Program-made: the position numbers and the translations under genes
Shown: positions 1 through 7,823 of the stretch, piece after piece
Layout of the letters: the number at the start of each line of letters is the position of its first letter
Position numbering within the stretch: the first letter of the stretch is position 1
Assembly (NCBI GenBank): GCA_048772705.1
Contig: JBLWGC010000175.1
Span: 1 to 17,374 of the forward strand
Origin: Leidyana gryllorum EB-2025a
Taxonomy: Eukaryota > Protista > Apicomplexa
Length of the DNA: 17,374 nt
Reading direction: 5' to 3'
Notes under the pieces: generated by a model
What the model was told of the DNA's origin: nothing
The model's input: the letters and a program-made list of their open reading frames with translations, nothing else
Database searches by the model: none

Positions 1-25
1 TGGAGCGATGAACCAACAACACTGT

Positions 26-85
26 GGCAAGATGGCCGAGATGTCTGAGGCGCTGTGCTAAGACCGCAGTCCGAAAGGGCGAGGA
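26..85 (+). pseudogene. tRNA-Leu(AAG) 3'-truncated
   Basis: GGCAAGATGGCCGAG...CTGTGCTAAGACCGCAGTCCGAAAGGGCG; T arm replaced. Confidence 0.8.
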
Positions 86-126
86 TCTCGGGTTGAGCCT
101 TTCGGACCCCCGGAGCAGTTGGACGG

Positions 127-206
127 CCGGGGGTTGCTCAGTTGGTAGAGCATCTGACTGTAGTGCTGGCATCAGATAGTCGGCGGTTCGATTCCGTCCC
201 ACCGGA
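127..206 (+). tRNA. trnY-GUA: tRNA-Tyr(GTA) with 7-nt intron (164-170)
   Basis: C1-G72, A73; TCTGA-CTGTAG[tgctggc]A-TCAGA; GGTTCGATTCC; one acceptor mismatch. Confidence 0.85.
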
Positions 207-289
207 AGTAGAGTGGTGATTGGCAAAGTACTAGACAGCGTTGATAGGCCAACCAGACTACTCTGGCGAGGGTTCCATCTATGTAGTTC

Positions 290-360
290 GGATGGGCTCA
301 GAATCGATCCCGGAACCTTTCGTATACCAAGCACCGTTTCATCATCTGGGCTAGCCTCCC
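290..360 (-). pseudogene. tRNA-Ala relic
   Basis: GGGAGGCTAGCCCAGATG...GGGATCGATT aligns to Ala copies; many substitutions. Confidence 0.7.
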
Positions 361-449
361 TCTGTGCCTACCTCATGGCATTGAGTGATACTCCACATAG
401 TGAGACGAGTCTCTCGACTGTACCCTACTGGTTGAACCACCGGCTAGGC

Positions 450-523
450 GGCTGTTTGGTCTAGTGGGGTACGATCCTTCCTTAGGGTGGAAGGAGTCCT
501 GGGTTCGATTCCCAGAACAGCCC
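450..523 (+). tRNA. trnP-AGG: tRNA-Pro(AGG), 2-nt D-loop insertion
   Basis: GGCTGTT/AACAGCC; CTTCC-TTAGGGT-GGAAG. Confidence 0.8.
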
Positions 524-657
524 TCTTAAATGTCGGTTGACCCGATGGGATAAGCAGGTTTTAGAAAGTAACAGCCACCTCGTTACCACTTCGGCACTCA
601 AGGCAATTAACATCTCAAAAATCGCATTTCTGGTTCCCTCTTCCATGGTGCAGACTG

Positions 658-729
658 AGCAGTGTAGCTCAGTGGAAGAGTGTTGGGCTCATAACCCAAA
701 GGTCCGTCGATCGAAACGACGCACTGCTA
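658..729 (+). tRNA. trnMi-CAU: initiator tRNA-Met(CAT)
   Basis: A1-U72, GGG/CCC anticodon stem, GATCGAAA T-loop. Confidence 0.95.
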
Positions 730-778
730 AGTGTGCGCAGGAGGGAAACAGTTATAGATTTGACTGGGTCGTGAGCAA

Positions 779-842
779 AGCCTTCTGCCGGAATCGAGCC
801 GGCGCTTACGAAGCGAACGCTCTGCCCCTAAGCTTAGAAGGC
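779..842 (-). pseudogene. tRNA-Thr(CGT), 8-nt internal deletion
   Basis: matches 13416-13487 but lacks variable-loop segment. Confidence 0.85.
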
Positions 843-918
843 AATGTAAGTCGGAGATAACGAAGCGATGGCTACTGACGGAGATTAGTGGAGCACTTTG
901 CTCGAGTACTTCAATGAC

Positions 919-991
919 TTCCACTGCCGGGACTTGAACCCGGATCGTGCGGGTGAGAGCCGCATATCCTAGCCACTTAGACTACAGTGGA
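919..991 (-). tRNA. trnE-CUC: tRNA-Glu(CTC)
   Basis: TCCACTG/CAGTGGA; TGCGG-CTCTCAC-CCGCA. Confidence 0.93.
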
Positions 992-1106
992 CAACTCCCT
1001 CAGCTGCAGCTTTAGCCGAGAGCCGTACCCTCTTGACAAGACGTGGTTGCAATCCTGCGGTACAAAAAGGAGGATGTCTATACTAACCTGTGAACCATTG
1101 TAGCTG

Positions 1107-1179
1107 GGTCTTGTAGCTCAGTCGGCAGAGCGTGTGGCTGTTAACCACAAAGTCGCAGGTTCGAAACCTGCCAGGACCG
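1107..1179 (+). tRNA. trnN-GUU: tRNA-Asn(GTT)
   Basis: TGTGG-CTGTTAA-CCACA; GGTTCGAAACC; full cloverleaf. Confidence 0.93.
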
Positions 1180-1223
1180 GTTTCAGAGGCACACTAAACA
1201 CTGACTGCGCTGCTCTCCGAATG

Positions 1224-1281
1224 GCACTTGTGGTCCGCGACCCTTCAAAGATGTAAGTTTGTTTGGATCCCGCCACGTGCA
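1224..1281 (+). pseudogene. tRNA-Gly(TCC)-derived relic (D arm deleted, anticodon reads TCA)
   Basis: GCACTTGTGGTC...GCGACCCTTCAAAG...CACGTGCA, compare 8812-8882. Confidence 0.65.
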
Positions 1282-1294
1282 GCCGTACGTACTT

Positions 1295-1367
1295 TGGACG
1301 ACCTGGGTATCGATCCCAATACCTCTCGCATGCGAAGCGAGCGCTCTACCATCTGAGCTAGCCGCCC
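1295..1367 (-). tRNA. trnA-CGC: tRNA-Ala(CGC)
   Basis: G3:U70; CTCGC-TTCGCAT-GCGAG. Confidence 0.9.
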
Positions 1368-1435
1368 ATCCGCTCATCCGCTCTACGCGGAAGACCTATT
1401 GCATCCAGTGGCTGACCGAGGGCCGATACAACGGC

Positions 1436-1515
1436 TGACAAGAGTGGGATTCAAACCCACGCCCTTTCGGACCGCGGCCTTAACACAGCGCCTTGGACCA
1501 CTCGGCCATCTTGCC
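1436..1515 (-). tRNA. trnL-AAG: tRNA-Leu(AAG), C56T variant
   Basis: 80-nt type II body; CTGTG-TTAAGGC-CGCGG; T-loop TTTGAAT. Confidence 0.8.
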
Positions 1516-1589
1516 GGAGTGTTCTTGGCTCGCCACTTTACACGTTTTCTGTTCGTGAAGTCTCGAGAAGGGAGGCTTTTGGGGTTGAA

Positions 1590-1669
1590 GATGTCGTGCT
1601 TACATTACAACCCATCTGATTGTAGTGGTGGCGTCAAATATTCGACGAGCAAATTCCGTCCCGCCGGGA
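1590..1669 (+). pseudogene. tRNA-Tyr relic with intron
   Basis: catctgattgtag[tggtggc]gtcaaat...ttccgtcccgccggga aligns to 127-206. Confidence 0.7.
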
Positions 1670-1771
1670 GTTGAGGAGTGGACCACCTCGTTAGCCCACT
1701 TCGGTAGGGCAGTCAGCGCAACTAACCTCTCGAGAATCCCATTTCGGCTACCTCTGACATGTTGCAGACTA

Positions 1772-1843
1772 AGCAGTGTAGCTCAGTGGAAGAGTGTTGG
1801 GCTCATAACCCAAAGGTCCGTCGATCGAAACGACGCACTGCTA
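1772..1843 (+). tRNA. trnMi-CAU: initiator tRNA-Met(CAT)
   Basis: identical to 658-729. Confidence 0.95.
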
Positions 1844-1890
1844 AGTGTGCGCAGAAGGGAACAGTTGTAGGATAGATTGGCTCGTGAGCA

Positions 1891-1962
1891 AGCCTTCTGC
1901 CGGAATCGAACCGGCGACCTTTCGCTTACTAAGCGAACGCTCTGCCCCTAAGCTAAGAAGGC
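1891..1962 (-). tRNA. trnT-AGU: tRNA-Thr(AGT)
   Basis: GCCTTCT/AGAAGGC; TTCGC-TTAGTAA-GCGAA. Confidence 0.93.
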
Positions 1963-2038
1963 AATGCAAGCCGGGAATCACGCATCAGTCCCTATTTACG
2001 CAAGTTATCAGAGCACTTTGATCGAGTACTCTAATGAC

Positions 2039-2111
2039 TTCCACTGCCGGGACTTGAACCCGGATCGTGCGGGTGAAAGCCGCATATCCTAGCCACTTAG
2101 ACTACAGTGGA
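2039..2111 (-). tRNA. trnE-UUC: tRNA-Glu(TTC)
   Basis: same body as 919-991, anticodon TTC. Confidence 0.93.
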
Positions 2112-2197
2112 CGAGTCACAACAGTTGCACTGACGAATGAGGCGCCGGAGAACTGTGAGTCGGTCTCAGATTGGAAGTTCACCTAGGTTTGGCGGGT

Positions 2198-2245
2198 GGG
2201 CGGCTATCTCAAGTGGTAGAGCGGTGACTTGGCAGGCGAGAGGTC
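2198..2245 (+). pseudogene. tRNA-Ala 5' fragment
   Basis: GGGCGGCTATCTCAAGTGGTAGAGCG...GCGAGAGGT; no T arm. Confidence 0.65.
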
Positions 2246-2300
2246 AGTTTAGACATGGGGGCATTTGGTCACTCCTCGCGGCATGTCGAATTCGACAGCT

Positions 2301-2376
2301 GGCAACTTGCCCGAGTGGTTAAGGGGGTAGACTTGAAATCTACTGGCCCGCGCTGGTTCAAATCCAGCAGTTGTCG
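2301..2376 (+). pseudogene. tRNA-Ser(TGA), variable-arm deletion
   Basis: GTAGA-CTTGAAA-TCTAC; 76 nt versus 81-82 in paralogs. Confidence 0.75.
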
Positions 2377-2458
2377 TGCGATCTGATTGGAGGGGCAGAC
2401 AACAACTCACTCCTGAAACCCCAGAATGGTGCCTCAATCAACCATCTGCCATCTTCTC

Positions 2459-2523
2459 TGCATCTGCCGGGAATCGAACCTGGGTCGTCTCGGTGGCGAC
2501 GACACATTCTACCACTAGACCAC
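2459..2523 (-). pseudogene. tRNA-Gly(GCC), 5' end replaced at a block junction
   Basis: matches 10592-10662 with substitutions. Confidence 0.8.
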
Positions 2524-2570
2524 GTCGATGTCGTTCTGGGTGCAGTGTACCGCCCCGGAGTACTCTTACG

Positions 2571-2650
2571 GCCCGAGTTGCTTAGATGGCAACGCATGTG
2601 ATTGTAGTGGTGGCATCAAATATTCGACGAGCAAGTTCCGTCCGCCGGGA
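2571..2650 (+). pseudogene. tRNA-Tyr relic with intron
   Basis: gcatgtgattgtag[tggtggc]atcaaat aligns to 127-206. Confidence 0.7.
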
Positions 2651-2749
2651 GTTGAGGAGTGGACTTTTTACAACGTAGTTCGTCTGACATTCCTGTTCCA
2701 TTCCATCCTGATCGATGCTTCGCTACCTCTACTGCCTCGCTCAAAGATT

Positions 2750-2821
2750 GTCCGAGTCGTCTAGTGGTTAGGACAGCACGTAGTGGCCGTGCAAACCCAG
2801 GCTCGATTCCTGGCTCGGACA
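2750..2821 (+). tRNA. trnH-GUG: tRNA-His(GTG), U33A and C54 variant
   Basis: GTCCGAG/CTCGGAC; GCACG-TAGTGGC-CGTGC. Confidence 0.7.
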
Positions 2822-2896
2822 AGCAGTCGAAAGTGCATTGCTCTAAGCCCCGGTTGAAAATATTGCTGCAGCCATGGTCAAGTCTGTACGGTCGGC

Positions 2897-2967
2897 TGCA
2901 CCTGCCGGGACTCGAACCCGGGCTGCGAGCATGGGAAGCTCGCATCCTACCCTTGGACCACAAGTGC
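2897..2967 (-). tRNA. trnG-CCC: tRNA-Gly(CCC)
   Basis: CGAGC-TTCCCAT-GCTCG; GGTTCGAGTCC; full cloverleaf. Confidence 0.93.
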
Positions 2968-3031
2968 ACTCGAGAAAGAGCTTCAGCACCCCGAGACTCG
3001 GCCGCAGTCTGCGTTGAGCTAGGGTGCCTCC

Positions 3032-3065
3032 GCTACTGGCAGGTTCCAGTCTGCGACTTTGTGGC
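3032..3065 (-). pseudogene. tRNA-Asn 3'-half relic
   Basis: revcomp CCACAAAGTCGCAG...AACCTGCCAG matches Asn 1146-1174. Confidence 0.55.
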
Positions 3066-3163
3066 GAAGAGACTTACCCTCTGGTGGCTGAACTACGAGG
3101 CTCGGCTAAGATGATTGGAGCTTGAGAGACTTCAGCTTTGCAGGTGCCCAGTCGATGCAGTCG

Positions 3164-3236
3164 AGCCTTCTGCCGGAAACGAACCGGCGACCTTTCGCTT
3201 ACTAAGCGAATGCTCTGCCGCTGAGCTAAGAAGGGC
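3164..3236 (-). tRNA. trnT-AGU: tRNA-Thr(AGT), damaged (A58T, extra 5' base)
   Basis: paralog of 1891-1962. Confidence 0.65.
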
Positions 3237-3301
3237 TTGCAGGCTGAAGATCACGAATCAGTGACTATTGACGGGGATTGCTGGAGCATTGCTCCAGTAG
3301 C

Positions 3302-3367
3302 TTCCACTGCCGGGACTCGAACCCGGATCGTGCGGGTGAGAGCCGCATATCCTAACCACTTAGTGGA
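3302..3367 (-). pseudogene. tRNA-Glu(CTC), 7-nt deletion
   Basis: TAGACTACAGTGGA reduced to TAGTGGA. Confidence 0.85.
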
Positions 3368-3507
3368 CAAGTGCCCGAGTTGAGGCTTTGGACGAGAGCC
3401 GTACCGAATTGAGATCAGGTGGAGCGTCGGGTCAAGCGACGACGAACGGGCTCATCGGATAGGTGTGTACAAAGACACACGCCCCTTTCACAGCCCGGAA
3501 GGTCCGT

Positions 3508-3580
3508 GCAGCCATGGTCTAGTGGTTACGACGTCTGCTTAACACGCAGAAGGTCCCGAGTTCGATCTTTGGTGGCTGTA
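3508..3580 (+). tRNA. trnV-AAC: tRNA-Val(AAC), weakened T stem
   Basis: TCTGC-TTAACAC-GCAGA. Confidence 0.75.
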
Positions 3581-3713
3581 GCTCGAACATGTGGAGTGAG
3601 CTCCACCCAAAGCAAGGAAACGTGCTGTCTTTGAGACAGGCTATCAATGCCGCAGGACAGGCTGAACATGGGGGCATTTGGTCACTCCTCGCGGCATGTC
3701 GAATTCGACAGTT

Positions 3714-3794
3714 GGCAACTTGCCCGAGTGGCTAAGGGGGTAGACTTGAAATCTACTGGGCTGGCCCGCGCTGGTTCGAATCCAGCAGTTGTCG
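3714..3794 (+). tRNA. trnS-UGA: tRNA-Ser(TGA)
   Basis: type II; GTAGA-CTTGAAA-TCTAC; GGTTCGAATCC; G73. Confidence 0.9.
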
Positions 3795-3911
3795 TGTTAT
3801 GTGATCGGGCATCAACTCCATTCGGTCGTGGCTGTGCTATATCATTCCAGCTAGTCGCCCGCTGTGCAGACCCCATAGCAATTAGTGGTTCTTGACATAT
3901 TATGTCCGACG

Positions 3912-3971
3912 GGCTGTTTGGTCAAGTGCTGTGACCCCTCCTCAGGGTGGAGTCCTGTCCCAGCACAGCCC
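3912..3971 (+). pseudogene. tRNA-Pro relic
   Basis: GGCTGTTTGGTC...CAGGGTGGAGTCCTG...ACAGCCC; T-loop deleted. Confidence 0.75.
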
Positions 3972-4111
3972 TCTTGGTCGTCGGTTGACCCGATGGGACA
4001 AGTTGCCCCAGAACCAACACAGCCACCTCGTTAGCCCACTTCGGTAGGGCAGTCAGCGCAACTAACCTCTCGAGAATCGCATTTCGGCTACCTCTGACAT
4101 GTTGCAGACTA

Positions 4112-4183
4112 AGCAGTGCAGCTCAGCGGAAGAGTGTTGGGCTCACAACCCAAAGGCCAGTCGATCGAAACGACTCACTGCTA
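4112..4183 (+). tRNA. initiator-Met body with CAC anticodon (variant or pseudogene)
   Basis: TTGGG-CTCACAA-CCCAA; U8C; T-stem C49-G65 changed to A49-T65. Confidence 0.6.
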
Positions 4184-4231
4184 AGTGTGCGCAAAAGGGA
4201 AACAGTCTAGAATAGATCGGCTCGTGACCAA

Positions 4232-4303
4232 AGCCTTCTGCCGGAATCGAACCGGCGACCTTTCGCTTACTAAGCGAATGCTCTGCCCCTAAGCTAAGAA
4301 GGC
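4232..4303 (-). tRNA. trnT-AGU: tRNA-Thr(AGT)
   Basis: intact paralog. Confidence 0.93.
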
Positions 4304-4379
4304 AATGCAAGCCGAAGATCACGAAACAGTCTCTATTGACGGAGATTACTGGACCACTTTGCTCGAGTAGTGCAACGAC

Positions 4380-4452
4380 TTCCACTGCCGGGACTTGAAC
4401 CCGGATCGTGCGAGTGAGAGCCGCTTGTCCTAGCCACTTAGACTACAGTGGG
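4380..4452 (-). tRNA. trnE-CUC: tRNA-Glu(CTC), several substitutions
   Basis: paralog of 919-991; 1:72 pair broken. Confidence 0.6.
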
Positions 4453-4586
4453 CAAGTTCCCCAATTGAGGTTTCGGATGAGAACCGTACCCTCTTAACAA
4501 GACGTGGTCCGTCGGGTCAACCTACAACAAAAGGGTTGCAGTAGAAAGTGGAGGGTCTCTCCACTAAGCTCAGAAACATTGTAAGG

Positions 4587-4657
4587 GGTCTTGTAGCTCA
4601 GTGACAGAGCGTGTGGCTTTGATGACAAACTCGGAGGTCCGGAACCTAACAGAACCG
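4587..4657 (+). pseudogene. tRNA-Asn relic
   Basis: GGTCTTGTAGCTCAGT...GAGCGTGTGGCT; anticodon and T arm decayed. Confidence 0.8.
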
Positions 4658-4701
4658 GCTTCAGATGCACCCTAGACATTGAGTGCGGTGCTCTCCCAAT
4701 G

Positions 4702-4759
4702 GCACTTGTGGTTCGCGACTCTTCAAAGGTAGCGATGGGTCTGAAGGCGGCCACGTGCT
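4702..4759 (+). pseudogene. tRNA-Gly(TCC)-derived relic
   Basis: paralog of 1224-1281. Confidence 0.6.
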
Positions 4760-4772
4760 GCCGTACGTACTT

Positions 4773-4845
4773 TGGACGACCTGGGCATCGATCCCAGTAC
4801 CTCTCGCATGCTAAGCGAGCGCTCTACCATTTGAGCTAGTCGCCC
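4773..4845 (-). tRNA. trnA-AGC: tRNA-Ala(AGC)
   Basis: G3:U70; CTCGC-TTAGCAT-GCGAG. Confidence 0.94.
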
Positions 4846-4933
4846 GTGGTGCAGACCCCATCGCATTTGTTGGTTCTCAACATAGTATGACCACTATCTC
4901 AACTGTACTCAGCGGGTTGCACGACCGACAGGC

Positions 4934-5005
4934 GGCTGTTTGGTCTAGTGGTATGATTCTTCCTTCGGGTGGAAGAAGTCCTGGGTTCGATTCCCAGAAC
5001 AGCCC
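4934..5005 (+). tRNA. trnP-CGG: tRNA-Pro(CGG)
   Basis: CTTCC-TTCGGGT-GGAAG; intact. Confidence 0.94.
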
Positions 5006-5086
5006 CGTTGCTTGTCGGTTGACCTGACGCTCCATCTCATCTCAAGATGGTACGGCTTTCGTCCAAAGCTGCAGCTGAGGAAGTTG

Positions 5087-5159
5087 TCCACTGTAGTCTA
5101 AGTGGCTAGGATATGCGGCTCTCACCCGCACGATCCGGGTTCAAGTCCCGGCAGTGGAA
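5087..5159 (+). tRNA. trnE-CUC: tRNA-Glu(CTC)
   Basis: identical body to 919-991, opposite strand. Confidence 0.93.
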
Positions 5160-5219
5160 ATCCAGCAGAGTGTGCTTGTAGGCAACGGTTCCACTCCGAC
5201 TCCCAGAGACATTGATTTG

Positions 5220-5292
5220 CGCCGCCCGCGGGGCTCGAACCCGCGACTGGAAGATTAAAAGTCTTGCGCTCTACCGACTGAGCTAGGGCGGC
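5220..5292 (-). tRNA. trnK-UUU: tRNA-Lys(TTT)
   Basis: GCCGCCC/GGGCGGC; CAAGA-CTTTTAA-TCTTC (27:43 mismatch). Confidence 0.85.
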
Positions 5293-5420
5293 AAGGAAGC
5301 TCTAAACTTAGTTACACCCTATTTGCCGGTGGGTGGAGCAGTGGAAGTATTAAGTGGTGGAACAATGTGCTTCAGTAACTTCTGTCAATAGGGACTCATT
5401 CGTGATGTCCAGTTGACATT

Positions 5421-5491
5421 GCTTTCTTAGCTTGGGGCAGAGCATTCGCTTAGTAAGTGAAAGGTCGCCGGTTCGATTCGGGCAGAAGGCT
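5421..5491 (+). pseudogene. tRNA-Thr(AGT), damaged
   Basis: A14 deleted, C61G. Confidence 0.75.
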
Positions 5492-5539
5492 TGGCTCACG
5501 AGCCAATCTATCCTGCAACTGTTCCCTTCTGCGCACACT

Positions 5540-5611
5540 TTGCAGTGCGTCGTTTCGATCGACGGACCTTTGCGTTATGAGCCTAACACTCTTCCACTGA
5601 GCTACACTGCT
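5540..5611 (-). pseudogene. initiator tRNA-Met(CAT), damaged
   Basis: anticodon stem TTAGG/CGCAA broken; U72A. Confidence 0.8.
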
Positions 5612-5752
5612 CAGTCTGCAACATGGAAGAGGTAGCCGAAATGTGATCCTCGAGATGTTAGTTGCCCTGACTGCCCTACCGAAGCGGGCTAACGAGGTGG
5701 CTGTGTTGGTTCTGAGGGCAACATGTCCGGTCAAGTCAAACGACGACCAATA

Positions 5753-5822
5753 GGGCTGTTCTGGAATCGAACCCAGGACTCCTTCCACTCTGAGGAAGGA
5801 TTATACCAGCAGAGCAACAGCC
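5753..5822 (-). pseudogene. tRNA-Pro (AGG-type body) relic
   Basis: D arm decayed; 3' half retained. Confidence 0.8.
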
Positions 5823-5910
5823 GAATATTTGGGTGCATGCAACCGGATATACGAATGGAGATTCGAATCTACTGTGGCCTTTTCCAGCTTTTTTTTGGGA
5901 TGATCGCCGT

Positions 5911-5994
5911 TGCACAGAATGGGATTCGAACCCATGCAGACTTGCGCCTACCAGAACTTGAGTCTGGCCCCTTAGACCACTCGGGCATCTGTGC
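5911..5994 (-). tRNA. trnL-CAA: tRNA-Leu(CAA), intron-less
   Basis: GCACAGA/TCTGTGC; CCAGA-CTCAAGT-TCTGG; type II. Confidence 0.93.
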
Positions 5995-6089
5995 ATTACT
6001 TTCCTTCTGAGTTCCAAAGTGTTAATGGCTTCCGTTGCCACCGTCGATGTCGTTCTGGCTGCGGTGTGCCGCCCCGAAGTACTCTCACG

Positions 6090-6169
6090 GCGGGGGGTGC
6101 TTAGATGGTAACGTATCTGACTGTAGTGGTGGCATCAGATATTCCACGAGTAAATTCCGTCCCACCCGA
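6090..6169 (+). pseudogene. tRNA-Tyr(GTA) relic with 7-nt intron
   Basis: TCTGACTGTAG[tggtggc]ATCAGAT; T and D arms decayed. Confidence 0.8.
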
Positions 6170-6271
6170 AGTTTGAGGAGTGAACTTCTTGCAACGCAGT
6201 TCGTCTGACGCTCCTGTTCCATCCCATCCTGATCGATGCTTCGCTACCTCTACAGCCTCGCTCAAAGATTT

Positions 6272-6343
6272 GTCCGAGTCGTCTAGTGGTTAGGACAGCA
6301 CGTTGTGGCCGTGCAAACCCAGGCTCGATTCCCGGCTCGGCCA
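6272..6343 (+). tRNA. trnH-GUG: tRNA-His(GTG), minor mismatches
   Basis: GCACG-TTGTGGC-CGTGC; C54. Confidence 0.7.
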
Positions 6344-6413
6344 ATATGTCTCCGGTGTCTCTAATGGAACTTTCTCTTTGGCTACACACTTTCATTCGAC
6401 GGCTCCGTTGATT

Positions 6414-6486
6414 GGCGCTATGGCCTAATGGATATGGCATCGGTCTACGGAACTTGGGATTCTGGGTTCGAGTCCCAGTAGCGTCT
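6414..6486 (+). tRNA. trnR-ACG: tRNA-Arg(ACG), weakened anticodon stem
   Basis: TCGGT-CTACGGA-ACTTG. Confidence 0.65.
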
Positions 6487-6619
6487 GGGCGAGCGGTCGG
6501 GTTCCAGCCCCTCACAATTGCTGCAACTCAGTTTTTATCTCAGCTGGCTGTCCTTGCGGTGGACAGCATCCCCGTGCACCCTTTTGACAGGAGGAGATGC
6601 ATCGAGAGAAGTTTCAGTA

Positions 6620-6692
6620 GGGAGTGTAGCGCAGTCGGTAGCGCGTAGGTCTCATAATCCTGAAGTCGAGAGTTCAATCCTCTCCACTCCCA
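6620..6692 (+). tRNA. trnM-CAU: elongator tRNA-Met(CAT)
   Basis: GGGAGTG/CACTCCC; TAGGT-CTCATAA-TCCTG; TTCAATC T-loop. Confidence 0.92.
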
Positions 6693-6736
6693 CGGTCGGA
6701 ATCGGAACCGCCGACAAACTCATCATGCTATCATTT

Positions 6737-6807
6737 TCCATCTGTGGGGAATCCCACACGGGTTATCTCGATGGCAGCGAGCGACTTTTGCACTAGACCA
6801 CAGATGC
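6737..6807 (-). pseudogene. tRNA-Gly(GCC) relic
   Basis: GCATCTGTGGTCTAGTG...GCCATCGAG; T arm destroyed. Confidence 0.8.
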
Positions 6808-6873
6808 AGAACACGATCTTGTGAATCTTGTACGTGGTGACAGCCATTCCTCATAAGCCTATCGATGCATCAA

Positions 6874-6935
6874 AGCCATCGAACCGGCGACTTCTCGCTT
6901 ACGAAGCGAACGCTCTGCCCCTCAGCTAAGAAGGC
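6874..6935 (-). pseudogene. tRNA-Thr(CGT), 10-nt 3' deletion
   Basis: versus 13416-13487. Confidence 0.85.
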
Positions 6936-7045
6936 AACTTAGCTGGAGAATCATGTATCAGTTGTATCGACGAAAGTTAGCCGGATGCTACGTGCGCGGC
7001 GGGCAGTGCTGGGATCCAGTCGCAGGTTGTCCTGACTACAACGGC

Positions 7046-7125
7046 TGACAAGAGTGGGAGTCGAACCCACGCCCTTTCGGACTGCGGCCTGAACACAGCG
7101 TTTGAGACCACTAGGCCACCCTTCC
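7046..7125 (-). pseudogene. tRNA-Leu(CAG), damaged acceptor and D arm
   Basis: CTGTG-TTCAGGC-CGCAG. Confidence 0.75.
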
Positions 7126-7220
7126 GGAATGTTGTTGGCTCGCCCTTCCACGCGTTTCCTGTACTTGGAATCTCAAAATGGAAGGTCTTCCGGGGTTGGA
7201 GGCCGGGGTATTCACGAGCG

Positions 7221-7292
7221 TCCGAGATTGTAAAGTGGTTAGTATTTCCGCCTGTCATGCGGAAGACCCGGGTTCGATTCCCGGTCTCGAAG
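7221..7292 (+). tRNA. trnD-GUC: tRNA-Asp(GTC), several substitutions
   Basis: TCCGC-CTGTCAT-GCGGA. Confidence 0.65.
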
Positions 7293-7347
7293 CACAGGTG
7301 GTTTCGCTTAAGATTGTCTCCCCTGGTTCTCGCTGAAAGTTAGGAGT

Positions 7348-7490
7348 TACACCACCGAGGATTCACCTCCGACTTTCTGCGTGTTCAGCAGACGTCGTAA
7401 CCACTAGACCGTGGGAGCTACAGCCACCGAGGATTCACCTCGGACTTTCTGCGTGTTAAGCAGACGTCGTAACCACTAGACGGTGGCTGC
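7348..7490 (-). pseudogene. two tandem tRNA-Val(AAC) pseudogenes (7348-7414, 7419-7490)
   Basis: both share the same broken T arm GGATTCACCTC. Confidence 0.85.
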
Positions 7491-7533
7491 ATGAGGAGTG
7501 GCGAAGTTTCACGGAGCAGTGAGGACAGTTCCG

Positions 7534-7605
7534 AGGTCGCGCCGGGAATCGAACCCAGGTCGGGAGATTCAGAGTCTCCAGTGCTAACCACTACACCACG
7601 CAACC
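7534..7605 (-). tRNA. trnQ-CUG: tRNA-Gln(CTG)
   Basis: GGTTGCG/CGCGACC, U73; GGAGA-CTCTGAA-TCTCC. Confidence 0.93.
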
Positions 7606-7823
7606 GATTCAGCCCATTCCAGAAGAGTCGGTAGAATTGAGTCGGTAGAATTATCCGGACTAGCGCTTCCTCAACTGGACACACGCAACACGGGTCTCTC
7701 TACTGACGTCTGGAAAATTTTAATTGGCTCCTGTATATAGCGCCCAGCGTAGAGCGTTGGATTTGAGTCGGACAGAAGGCTCACTTCAATCATTGAAGCA
7801 ATTGCGCTCTCCGCGAATGCTAC

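Larger units (their letters stand above)
3912..4845 (+). repeat. block Pro-iMet-Thr-Glu-Asn-psiGly-Ala, copy of 450-1367; partial copy 1683-2111, inverted partial ~5355-5822
   Basis: shared spacers and gene order. Confidence 0.88.

Noticed and set aside
2527-2620. Minus strand resembles 5S rRNA (CTAAGC...TCGGGCC...AGTACT)
   Set aside because: The region aligns much better on the plus strand to the intron-containing tRNA-Tyr and its upstream flank (100-206)
4702-4759. tRNA-Sec (TCA anticodon)
   Set aside because: No long acceptor, D or variable arms; the ends match Gly(TCC)
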